Assembly (NCBI GenBank): GCA_044868145.1
Contig: JBIOWE010000006.1
Span: 350,537 to 397,665 of the forward strand
Length of the DNA stretch: 47,129 nucleotides
Source: Patescibacteria group bacterium
Lineage (GTDB): Bacteria > Patescibacteriota > Patescibacteriia > UBA10025 > JBIOWE01
Direction of reading: 5' to 3'
A model generated the notes under the pieces. It ran no database searches. It saw only the letters and a program-made list of their open reading frames with translations, and was not told where the DNA came from. A program made the translations under genes and the position numbers. Positions 18,821 to 26,950 of this stretch are shown one piece after another (the first letter of the stretch is position 1; each line of letters starts with the position of its first letter).

Positions 18821-18850
18821 CCCTGGTCAAACATTTTGGCCAGGGTTTTT
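18821..18850 (+). terminator. Rho-independent terminator
   Basis: CCCTGGTCAAA-cat-TTTGGCCAGGG followed by TTTTT, 7 nt after the stop at 18814. Confidence 0.7.
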
Positions 18851-18910
18851 AATATGAGAAAAAGCCCACACACTCGTTTGAAACTTAACCTTTAAGGAAT
18901 ATGATCCGAA

Positions 18911-19645
18911 TTATTTCCTTTGTTTAAGTTCAATTATAGAAAATAATCCTTTTTGGGTGCCGGCGGATACGTTTTTCTTTTCAAGTATCGTAACCTCATA
19001 TCCGTGTTTCGGAGCCTGGACCGAGGGATCATTCGTTTCTCCAGCCATTTGTAAGTAAGGCATAATAATTGACCCGTTATCTTTCAAAAACGCTCTTGAT
19101 TCTTGCAAAAATCGTTGTAGCAAACCTCCTTCATCAAGCATGGCTCGCGATACTGGAAGGCGTTCCGTTGGCTTTCCGGGAAAGAATGGATGGTTAAAAA
19201 TAATTCTGTCTGATGATTCCGTGATATTAGAGAATAGGTCACTTTGGATAATGAAGGATTTTTTCGTGAGACCAAATTTTTCTACATTTTCTCTTGTATT
19301 TGCAATTGCCTGTTCGGATATATCAGAAAAAATAAGTCGACTCGCTCCATCGAGTCCTGTTACGATGCCTTGAAGCCCAGCACCACTTCCCATATCTAGT
19401 GAAGTTTTATTACGAAACATGGCGGGGTGTTGATGTAAAAATATTGCCAAGTCACAGGCAACCATGCGTTCAGGTCGCAGCACGTCAGGGTACACGACGA
19501 AATCTTTGAGCGTTACATCTCCAAGCTCAATATCAACAGTATATCGTTCATGTTCATGTTCCTCAAGTTGTATTTGCACTTGAAGTCGTTGTTCCTTCGT
19601 CAACTGGGCAAGAAAATTTTCATTCTTTCCTTCTGGAGTTTGCAT
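18911..19645 (-). CDS. SAM-dependent methyltransferase of the N6-adenine/glutamine (PrmC/RsmC-like small-domain) type
   Basis: 244-aa ORF with motif I LDMGSGAGLQGI and a motif IV-like IIFNHPFF (a variant of the (N/D)PP(Y/F) class). Confidence 0.75.
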   Translation of the reverse strand: MQTPEGKNENFLAQLTKEQRLQVQIQLEEHEHERYTVDIELGDVTLKDFVVYPDVLRPERMVACDLAIFLHQHPAMFRNKTSLDMGSGAGLQGIVTGLDGASRLIFSDISEQAIANTRENVEKFGLTKKSFIIQSDLFSNITESSDRIIFNHPFFPGKPTERLPVSRAMLDEGGLLQRFLQESRAFLKDNGSIIMPYLQMAGETNDPSVQAPKHGYEVTILEKKNVSAGTQKGLFSIIELKQRK

Positions 19646-19721
19646 ATCGGTCGTTCATATTGATCCTAGAACCAAGGCCATTGTGATTATCAACTTACCA
19701 ATCAGAAATTGATCCGTCAAA

Positions 19722-19755
19722 TACAAAAAGGGCCGACCGTAAAGATCGACCCTTT
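19722..19755 (-). terminator. Rho-independent terminator
   Basis: On the minus strand: AAAGGGTCGA-tctttacg-GTCGGCCCTTT followed by TTGTATTT, just after the stop at 19764. Confidence 0.6.
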
Positions 19756-19763
19756 GAAATGTA

Positions 19764-21605
19764 CTACTTTGTAAATGTGTGTTTTAGTTGAATGCCGTAG
19801 ATCGGCTTTGTACTGGAGTTGAGGATAACGTGCCCGAGGATCGTGAGTTCATCAGTGCATTGCCTGTTGATCCCGAGATCCAGAATGCGCGTGCCTTGCA
19901 CTTCATCGTACAATGCAACGCCAGTGTTGGGCCCTGCACGCACCAACAGTTCGCTCATCCAGCCTCTTTGCCGCAAATCTGGTCGCTCCAATACCAGTGC
20001 GCGGAGTGAAGCTGGACCAACTGTGATGCTGGCGTCTGCACCATGCAGAATGCGCAACGTTCCATTTTTCTGTTTGCCTTGCTGCTCGGTGAATCCGAGT
20101 TTTGCTTTGCCGATTTTGAGACTAAGCTGGCCGACGTAATCCATCTGCTCGTTGTCGTCTTGGTATGCGCCGGTGCCATTTAACTCGCCGAGGCGGTAAT
20201 TGAATGGGCCTATGTCGCCATTAACCAGCACGCCATTATCATTAAAAGGCATGAGCAATTGTCCAAACGGCAAATGCAGCGTTGGCTGGTTTAAGGGACT
20301 TGGATACAACCAAGCAAATGGTGTAACTAATCGACCGAGTTGAATATGGAATTCCGGCGAAACATCATAGCCAATCGCGGCGACTTTCACTTGAACCGTA
20401 GACGTCGGATCCACTTCAAGCGCCAAGGAGAACTTGTCGTTTGTCCACTTGGGCTTGATGCGCACCATATTCAAAGTAACATGCGGCGCATCTTCGTTCA
20501 CCGAGCTAATCGCGTAGCCATTAAGACTAAACTCGGTCTTTTTGACTTTCGTCTCAACAAGCGGGGTTTGCGACTGTGCCAATGCGGTCAGCGTATGACC
20601 TGCGAACTGGATCGGGAACAGGGTCGAGAAAAACGTGACTATGGCGTACCTCCGCGCGCTGCCGGTTGCCGTTTCAGCGACTCCTTGGACATAGCCAAAG
20701 ATTTTTTCTACGTCTTGTTCAGCGGTTCCGGCTTGTTGTAGAAGCACGTCCTTTTCCGCAAGACTCAAGAAGAACTTTCTTTTCGCAAACAGATAACGGA
20801 ACCGGAGGATGTAGAACCTGTTTGTCGGTCGCAATTTCGCCTCAACATGGTTAAAACTCATGAAGGGCCAGAAGAAGGCACAGAGCGCGAGCCATATCGT
20901 ATAAACAGCAATTTCTTCGAAGAAAACACGTACTTTGTTCCTCCGAATCATCATTACTCTGACAAGGAGTAACAGAGGCGCACAAAAGAGCGCAAACCAC
21001 AACGTATGGTTCGCCGCGCCCGCAGCAAATGAGCCCAGCTGCTCAAAATCGATATTCGCATAATACCCCGGCGGCCCAACTTTAGTTTGAGCTTCACGAG
21101 AGAAAGAATTCGCTAATACGAATCTGTGTTGCTGCACTTTTTCGCCAGTGAAGTTCGGGTTCCTCTTTTGAATATCCCTGATGATCTCTTCAGCCTGTTC
21201 GTTATGCCCAGTCAGAATATTTTGCTCGGCCTGGTCAATCCATTGGCGTACCAAGATCGAAGCATCAACGTTCCGCGAAGGCAACACTTTGCTTAAGCTA
21301 TCTTCAGCGGTCAAAAGTGTATTTCGGGCTTTAAATGCATCGAAGTAGGTGAGGCGGGTGCCAAGATTTGCACACGCGACTGTCAAGGAATCAGATATTC
21401 GCTCGTAATAGTGAGCGGCGGCGGTCACTTCTGCTGGCGTGGCTACTGGCGGATGACTTTTGAATGCCTCGATCATGCCCGGATATCGAATCAGCGACGT
21501 TCCGATAAAAAGACAGAATACCACCCAACCCAAGAGACGCCGGTACGGTTTCTGCAATGATTTTCTGTACACACGATCCGCATCCCAATACTGAAAGTTA
21601 TTCAT
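19764..21605 (-). CDS. Hypothetical multi-domain membrane protein with a beta-strand-rich, porin-like C-terminal half
   Basis: 613-aa ORF with GGAGG upstream of ATG 21605. It has an N-terminal TM, central TM helices and an internal signal-peptide-like segment (RRYAIVTFFSTLFPIQFAGHTLTALAQS). About 270 aa of alternating-pattern strands follow. Confidence 0.65.
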   Translation of the reverse strand: MNNFQYWDADRVYRKSLQKPYRRLLGWVVFCLFIGTSLIRYPGMIEAFKSHPPVATPAEVTAAAHYYERISDSLTVACANLGTRLTYFDAFKARNTLLTAEDSLSKVLPSRNVDASILVRQWIDQAEQNILTGHNEQAEEIIRDIQKRNPNFTGEKVQQHRFVLANSFSREAQTKVGPPGYYANIDFEQLGSFAAGAANHTLWFALFCAPLLLLVRVMMIRRNKVRVFFEEIAVYTIWLALCAFFWPFMSFNHVEAKLRPTNRFYILRFRYLFAKRKFFLSLAEKDVLLQQAGTAEQDVEKIFGYVQGVAETATGSARRYAIVTFFSTLFPIQFAGHTLTALAQSQTPLVETKVKKTEFSLNGYAISSVNEDAPHVTLNMVRIKPKWTNDKFSLALEVDPTSTVQVKVAAIGYDVSPEFHIQLGRLVTPFAWLYPSPLNQPTLHLPFGQLLMPFNDNGVLVNGDIGPFNYRLGELNGTGAYQDDNEQMDYVGQLSLKIGKAKLGFTEQQGKQKNGTLRILHGADASITVGPASLRALVLERPDLRQRGWMSELLVRAGPNTGVALYDEVQGTRILDLGINRQCTDELTILGHVILNSSTKPIYGIQLKHTFTK

Positions 21606-21782
21606 TACATGCTACCTCCTCGGAGCGTTTTTGTTGTAGCAGAGATGCCCCTGCAAGGCTTTTGGTTTTCAAAGAACAAAGAATAGATAACCCTACAATA
21701 AAATGAATTTTATGTCAATACCAAAAAATGCGCATTGCTTTAACGACACTCGCGCACCTAACTTTAACCTATTTCTTTTAGC

Positions 21783-23081
21783 CTATTCCCACTCTTGCCC
21801 TTGTCTAACCAAGAGCTCGACCGCCCGTTCCGGCTCTGCCATGAGCTCTTTGACGATCCGCTCCATTCGCGCGACCTGCGAGCCTTTCACGAAAATAAAA
21901 TCCCCTTTTTCTATACGCTCTTGAATGAATTTACCCGCTTCGTCTGTTTTGCCGAAGGAATACACATCGTCTTCTTTCATCCCTGCTTTGATTGCCGCAT
22001 CCGCGATCATTTTTGCTTGTTCGCCAACAGTGACGAGATAATCAAACACGCTTGGACAGGCACGCCCAACGTCTTCATGAGCTTTTTGTGTGTATGGACC
22101 AAGCTCGGCCATGTCGCCGAGCGCCGCGTATTTTTTACCAGGGATTTCGATCTTTTTGATGACGTCAAATGCGGCAAAGCATGCTTGGGGCGAGGAGTTG
22201 TACGTATCGTCGAGCAGGAACGTATGTTTGATGCCCGGCAACAGTTTCATGCGGCCCGGCGGCGCGATGTACGTGCGCAACGCTTCGGACATTTCGACGA
22301 GGTTCATGCCGTAGCGAATGCCCACGCAAATTGCCGCAAGCGCCGAATACACTTGTTGGTTACCAAACACGCTGGGTAAGAAAAACGGCACCGTGCTCCC
22401 AGCGTAACTCACCTTGAAACTCATTCCCTGTATCGAAAAGTGGACCCACTGGGATTCCGGCGGTCCTTTGACAATAGCGGGCTCCAACGCTTTGACGTCA
22501 GCCCGCTCGGAAAAACCAAACGTCAGCACTTTTGCCTTTGTCCGTTCGCGCATCGCAAACACCGCATCATCGTCGGCATTCAAGACGGCGAATCCGTCGT
22601 TGCCAAGGCGCGAGACGATTTTTTGCTTTTCACGAATGATTTTCTCCATGCTTCCGAAAAATTCGACATGCGCATACCCAACAGCCGTTACCACGCCAAC
22701 GGAACATGACGCAAGGTCAAGCAGATAATCGATATCACCAGGCTTATCCGCGCCCATCTCTAAAACCAACATGTTAGGGTAGGATCGATCAGTCACAAGC
22801 AGAAGTCGAATGACTCGCAAAAAAATCTTTATCCAGGAAAAAAGATTCCGGTACCCTGACTCGCTTTGCAGAATCGACAGCGGAACGCCGAGCTCGTTGT
22901 TGTAATTTTTCAAGTTTTTCCCAACTCGATGCCGAAACGAAAGAACGGTGTAAATCGCTTCCTTTGTGGACGTCTTACCTACGCTGCCGGTCACGCCGAT
23001 AATGTCCGGCTTGTATTTTCGCAACACAAGACGGCTGTCAAAACGTAATTTCTTTTCAAGAACTGTCCGGAATATTCCCAT
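21783..23081 (-). CDS. murF: UDP-N-acetylmuramoyl-tripeptide--D-alanyl-D-alanine ligase
   Basis: Mur ligase P-loop GVTGSVGKTSTKE and typical central and C-terminal domains (DDTYNSSP). I chose the start at ATG 23081, 4 nt after the PBP stop; the track ORF extends to 23192 and overlaps the PBP gene. Confidence 0.9.
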   Translation of the reverse strand: MGIFRTVLEKKLRFDSRLVLRKYKPDIIGVTGSVGKTSTKEAIYTVLSFRHRVGKNLKNYNNELGVPLSILQSESGYRNLFSWIKIFLRVIRLLLVTDRSYPNMLVLEMGADKPGDIDYLLDLASCSVGVVTAVGYAHVEFFGSMEKIIREKQKIVSRLGNDGFAVLNADDDAVFAMRERTKAKVLTFGFSERADVKALEPAIVKGPPESQWVHFSIQGMSFKVSYAGSTVPFFLPSVFGNQQVYSALAAICVGIRYGMNLVEMSEALRTYIAPPGRMKLLPGIKHTFLLDDTYNSSPQACFAAFDVIKKIEIPGKKYAALGDMAELGPYTQKAHEDVGRACPSVFDYLVTVGEQAKMIADAAIKAGMKEDDVYSFGKTDEAGKFIQERIEKGDFIFVKGSQVARMERIVKELMAEPERAVELLVRQGQEWE

Positions 23082-23085
23082 AGCG

Positions 23086-24852
23086 TTATTCTTCCACCCG
23101 CATGTCAGGCGGAACCTGATAATATTGTAACAGGAACTTTGCAATATCGCCAAACAACGGAGCGGCGGTGCTTTCCGCGAACCGGACATCATGCGGTTTA
23201 TCGAGTTTCACAAGCATGACGAAGCGTGGGTTCGACACAGGCGCGAAACCGACAAACGTTCCAATGGTGAGATCCGATTCATAGCCAGGCCCGTCTTTCC
23301 GGGCAATTTGTGCGGTTCCCGTCTTGCCGGCGACGTAATAGCCCGGAACGCCCGCGCGCTTGCCATGCGTTCCTTGGACGACCTTCACGAGCATGGCGGA
23401 AAGCGTTGTGGCTGTTTGGCTCGAAATCACCTGACGAACCGTGACCGGATCGGTTTTTACAACCACACCATTTGATTGCATGATTTGGTCGACGATATAG
23501 GGTTTCACCAGCGCTCCGCCGTTCGCGATCGCGCCGAACGCCGCTAACAACTGAATCGGCGTTACCGTAATACCCTGACCGAACGACGCGGTGGATGTAT
23601 AGATATCTTTATGGTCCGCCAACGCCGAAATATCGCCGTTCGCTTCGGAGTTCACCTGAATTCCCGTTTTTTCGCCAAAATCAAATTTTTTCACATATTC
23701 TTCAAAGGCGACCGGCCCAACCTCGCGTGAAGCGAAAATCGCGCCTGTGTTCAGGGATTCAACGAGCACATCGGTCATCGTCGAAACCCCGTGCGCTTTT
23801 CCGTCCGAGTTCTTAATAGTGTATCGTCCGATCTCCACGCTGCCAGTGTCCGTATAGGTCGTTTCTGGTTTTACCTTGCCAAGGTCAAGGGCCGCGGCCA
23901 TCGTGAACGCCTTGAACACGGAACCGGGCTCATAAACGTAAAACGTAGCAGGATTGATAAACGTGTTCGGGTCTTCGACTTGATTGTAGTTATTCGGATC
24001 AAAATCAGGCGAGCCGCACATCGCGATGATCGCACCGGTTTTTGGTTCCATAATAATGACGCTGCCGCCGGAAGCGCCATGCTTGGCAACCGCCTGATCA
24101 AGACGCGTGCACGCCTCATACTCAACCGTGCGATCGATCGTCAAAATGATGTCTGCCCCGTTCTGCGCCTCCTGGAAAAACCGCGTGCCAAAAGAAATCC
24201 ACCTACCTTGCGCGTCTTTTTCCGTCTGCAAATATCCTGCTTTCCCCGCGAGTTCATCTTCAAAATATCCTTCCAGCCCGTACTGGCCCACGCGTTTGTC
24301 GCCTTGGAAACCCAAGAAGCCCAGCACGTGGCTTGCAATGTTCTTCTCCGGATAATAGCGCTCGGTCTCGTCCGAAAAAGCAATGCCGGGTAGCTTCAGC
24401 AGTTCAATTTGCTTCATGACCTCTTCTGTTACTTTATGCTTAATCGGTTCGTAGATATCGTTTTCCTTGATAAGACGAGGTAAGATCTCCGACTCTTCCA
24501 GCTCGAGCATTGGCGCGAGTGTTTTTGCAACCAATTCAGGATTCTGGACGCTTTGCGGGACTGCATAAGCCAAAAATAACCTTTTGTTCAAGGCTAACGG
24601 ATATAATCCATCCGCGCCGTCGCGATCATGCACGTAAATCTGGCCGCGCACGGGCGTAAGCTTTTCCGAAAGCGAATGCTGGCCTTCCGCCAATGCCTCA
24701 TAAAATGTGTGCTGAAAAACCTGAATATAACCAAGCCGCACTATTAAGAGTGCGGCTAGAATAAAAAGTAGAATAGTAAGAGTCTGGATCCGGTCACGCG
24801 GTTGGGCACGGCTTTTTTTCTCCGTACCGTTCTGTTTTCTCCGAATCACCAT
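23086..24852 (-). CDS. ftsI: Class B penicillin-binding protein / peptidoglycan D,D-transpeptidase
   Basis: 588-aa ORF with an N-terminal TM anchor and the SVFK (SxxK), SLN (SxN) and KTGT motifs in order. It lies between ftsL and murF. Confidence 0.9.
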   Translation of the reverse strand: MVIRRKQNGTEKKSRAQPRDRIQTLTILLFILAALLIVRLGYIQVFQHTFYEALAEGQHSLSEKLTPVRGQIYVHDRDGADGLYPLALNKRLFLAYAVPQSVQNPELVAKTLAPMLELEESEILPRLIKENDIYEPIKHKVTEEVMKQIELLKLPGIAFSDETERYYPEKNIASHVLGFLGFQGDKRVGQYGLEGYFEDELAGKAGYLQTEKDAQGRWISFGTRFFQEAQNGADIILTIDRTVEYEACTRLDQAVAKHGASGGSVIIMEPKTGAIIAMCGSPDFDPNNYNQVEDPNTFINPATFYVYEPGSVFKAFTMAAALDLGKVKPETTYTDTGSVEIGRYTIKNSDGKAHGVSTMTDVLVESLNTGAIFASREVGPVAFEEYVKKFDFGEKTGIQVNSEANGDISALADHKDIYTSTASFGQGITVTPIQLLAAFGAIANGGALVKPYIVDQIMQSNGVVVKTDPVTVRQVISSQTATTLSAMLVKVVQGTHGKRAGVPGYYVAGKTGTAQIARKDGPGYESDLTIGTFVGFAPVSNPRFVMLVKLDKPHDVRFAESTAAPLFGDIAKFLLQYYQVPPDMRVEE

Positions 24853-24870
24853 ATCGGGAAAAAAAGTTGT

Positions 24871-25227
24871 TTATCGAATAGCGAACACGGAGCCGACTGC
24901 CGGCGCAAATTCAATGGACGAGGCGGCAACCATATTCATTGTTTTGCTAGCTTCCTGAATCATGGAAAGCGACTGCAGTTCCGTCACTTTGAGCTCGAGT
25001 CGTTGATTTTGTTCCTCTAAGGTTTGCAAGCGAGTTTCGAGCCCCTTGATCTCAAACCCTTTGGTGGAGCTGTGGTTCATCGAAAGCAAATACGCCATTC
25101 CCGCGAGCAGAACAGCTATACCGAGAATGATGTTGACATGAAACATTTTTTCTTGGAAAAATCGAACGATGGGCGACGTTGCTGGTTCACGCTGATGTGT
25201 CAGCGTTTTACGAAAAAGTTTTGCCAT
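24871..25227 (-). CDS. ftsL: FtsL-like cell division protein
   Basis: 118-aa ORF with a single TM helix (VNIILGIAVLLAGMAYLL) followed by a coiled-coil (LETRLQTLEEQNQRLELKVTELQ). It occupies the canonical position between rsmH and ftsI. Confidence 0.6.
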   Translation of the reverse strand: MAKLFRKTLTHQREPATSPIVRFFQEKMFHVNIILGIAVLLAGMAYLLSMNHSSTKGFEIKGLETRLQTLEEQNQRLELKVTELQSLSMIQEASKTMNMVAASSIEFAPAVGSVFAIR

Positions 25228-25239
25228 TTGTTTTTTTCT

Positions 25240-26169
25240 TTATATTTTCTCCGCAACGCGCAGATGTGCGCTCCTGCTGCGGGGGTTTGTTTTTCTTTCT
25301 TCGAACGTGGGCTGAATTACTTTTTTTGTAATAATGCGAAGTGTTGGCTTACTTGACCGAGCTTGTTCTCGGAAAAAATGTTTGATAATCGTGTCTTCAA
25401 GCGAGTGAAACGAGATGACCGCGATGCGGCCGCCCGGACGCAGTGCCATTACGGCGAGAGGTAAGACGGCTCGCAAACGTTCAAGTTCCTTATTGACGGC
25501 GATGCGCAACGCCTGGAATGTTTTTGTGGCCGGGTGCCTGCCGCCCACCCACGGCACTTCCCGCTTTGACTTCAATCGTTCTCGGTATACGAGGAGTACG
25601 ACCTCGGCGAGCTGCCCAGTTGTTTGAAACAATTGTACGCTTCGTTTTTGCGCAATTGCCTGGGCAATCGCTCGTGCGAAAGGTTCTTGGCCGTACTCCT
25701 CGAGTATCCGAGCGAGCTGATCGGAGGTAGAAGTATTAATGAGGTCCGCTGCGGTTGGTGTTGATTCTCCCGCATCGAACCGCATATCTAACGGCGAATC
25801 TGGATTTTGAAAGGAAAATCCCCGCTTGTCGTTTTCGAGCTGACGAGATGATAAGCCAAGATCAAGTAGGATACGGCTAATCGGATGTACTGCGGGGTGT
25901 TCATTGAGTATGGAAGGAAAATGTTCGTATGATGTCTGTTTGAGTAGAATGCGATTGTGAAATGGTTGCAATGTTTGTTTTGCGTCTGTAAGCGCCTCTG
26001 CATCCCGGTCAATGCCGAGAAGTTTACCGTTCGGACTTGTTTTTTCTAGAATGGCGGATGCATGACCGCCAGAACCAACAGTCAGGTCAATGACGTTTTC
26101 ATTGGGCTGCGGATCAAGGTATGCGACAACCTCATTGAGCAAGACCGGGACATGGCGCCCGATTGGCAT
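25240..26169 (-). CDS. rsmH: 16S rRNA (cytosine1402-N4)-methyltransferase
   Basis: 309-aa ORF with HVPVLLNEV, DLTVGSGGHA, DLGLSS and SFHSLEDTIIK signatures. It lies directly downstream of mraZ. Confidence 0.95.
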   Translation of the reverse strand: MPIGRHVPVLLNEVVAYLDPQPNENVIDLTVGSGGHASAILEKTSPNGKLLGIDRDAEALTDAKQTLQPFHNRILLKQTSYEHFPSILNEHPAVHPISRILLDLGLSSRQLENDKRGFSFQNPDSPLDMRFDAGESTPTAADLINTSTSDQLARILEEYGQEPFARAIAQAIAQKRSVQLFQTTGQLAEVVLLVYRERLKSKREVPWVGGRHPATKTFQALRIAVNKELERLRAVLPLAVMALRPGGRIAVISFHSLEDTIIKHFFREQARSSKPTLRIITKKVIQPTFEERKTNPRSRSAHLRVAEKI

Positions 26170-26173
26170 TTTG

Positions 26174-26605
26174 TTACACGCCTAATTCGCCAAGCGCTTC
26201 GGCAATGTCGCCGCCGCGCTTTTCGGTTCCGGTTTTATAACGATTCCACACCGCGTGATCCCATATTTCCAGTCGGTTGTAGAGTCCGGCGATAACGACT
26301 TTCTTTTTCAGCAACGCGTAGGTTCGCAGATATTCAGGCAAGACAATGCGTCCTTGCCGATCAAGCCCAACATCCATGGCGCCGGCAAGCATCAATCGTG
26401 TGAACGCCCGAGTGTTCGCTTTCCCGATAGGCAGCTTCGAGAGCTTGTCAGCGAGCGCTTCCCAGTCCTTGCGCGGATACAAGAACAGACAGTTATCCAG
26501 TCCGCGCGTTACCACGGCGCCACGTCCCAACTCCTGTTTAAACTTTGTGGGGATGGCGACACGGCCTTTTTCATCAACGTTATGTTCGTACTCACCGATA
26601 AACAT
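26174..26605 (-). CDS. mraZ: Transcriptional regulator MraZ
   Basis: 143-aa ORF starting MFIGEYEHNVDEKGRVAIP. It has two SpoVT/AbrB-like halves (DEKGRVAIP and DRQGRIVLP). Confidence 0.95.
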   Translation of the reverse strand: MFIGEYEHNVDEKGRVAIPTKFKQELGRGAVVTRGLDNCLFLYPRKDWEALADKLSKLPIGKANTRAFTRLMLAGAMDVGLDRQGRIVLPEYLRTYALLKKKVVIAGLYNRLEIWDHAVWNRYKTGTEKRGGDIAEALGELGV

Positions 26606-26661
26606 CTAGGATGTCGTAATGAAAATAGAAATGCGAGATATTCGGTTATCCACAATGGAAG

Positions 26662-26687
26662 GTACTTATCCCCACTTTTATCCACTT
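26662..26687 (-). promoter_or_regulatory. Candidate MraZ operator: three 10-bp-phased direct repeats
   Basis: On the mraZ strand the sequence reads AAGTGGATAA|AAGTGGGGAT|AAGTACCTTC, just downstream of the predicted -10. A fourth AAAGTGG (26712-26718) lies in the promoter spacer. This matches the GTGG-type repeat logic known for MraZ. Confidence 0.55.
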
Positions 26688-26703
26688 CCTACCTCGTTAT
26701 TCC

Positions 26704-26732
26704 ATTATATACCACTTTGGCGTTTTGGTCAA
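26704..26732 (-). promoter_or_regulatory. Sigma70-like promoter of the mraZ operon
   Basis: On the minus strand: TTGACC (26732-26727), a 17-nt spacer, then TATAAT (26709-26704). It lies about 100 nt upstream of the mraZ ATG. Confidence 0.6.
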
Positions 26733-26859
26733 AGGTCTGATACAAAAGAGGATGCTTGTCAAGTCCGTCCCGGTCATTCTGAACCTCGTCCTGACGGATG
26801 TCAGGATTGTTTCAGAATCTCCAAACAAAAAACGTTGGGGCCCCGTGATAAACACGGGG

Positions 26860-26928
26860 CGAATGTCAACTCAAAGCGTCAAGACATATCGTTGCTTTAA
26901 CTTATCCACAGCTTTGAGTTGACATTCG
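26860..26928. repeat. Perfect 18-bp inverted repeat with a 33-nt spacer; the right arm overlaps the lexA -35
   Basis: CGAATGTCAACTCAAAGC (26860-26877) pairs with GCTTTGAGTTGACATTCG (26911-26928). The spacer contains TTATCCACA (26902-26910). Confidence 0.85.
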
Positions 26929-26947
26929 GTTTTTATTCGGCTATACT
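26919..26947 (+). promoter_or_regulatory. Sigma70-like promoter of lexA
   Basis: TTGACA (26919-26924), a 17-nt spacer, then TATACT (26942-26947). It lies about 90 nt upstream of the lexA ATG. Confidence 0.55.
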
Positions 26948-26950
26948 TAC

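Noticed and set aside
23082-23192. N-terminal extensions proposed by the ORF track for murF (to 23192), the asparaginase homologue (to 14562), pcm (to 37296), the metzincin (to 11069) and the first pilin (from 40542)
   Set aside because: The extensions overlap the upstream gene or start on non-ATG codons. Internal ATGs give canonical N-termini: a P-loop at the expected distance, MPIKRKK before the GG(A)T motif, a signal peptide, or a short prepilin leader.
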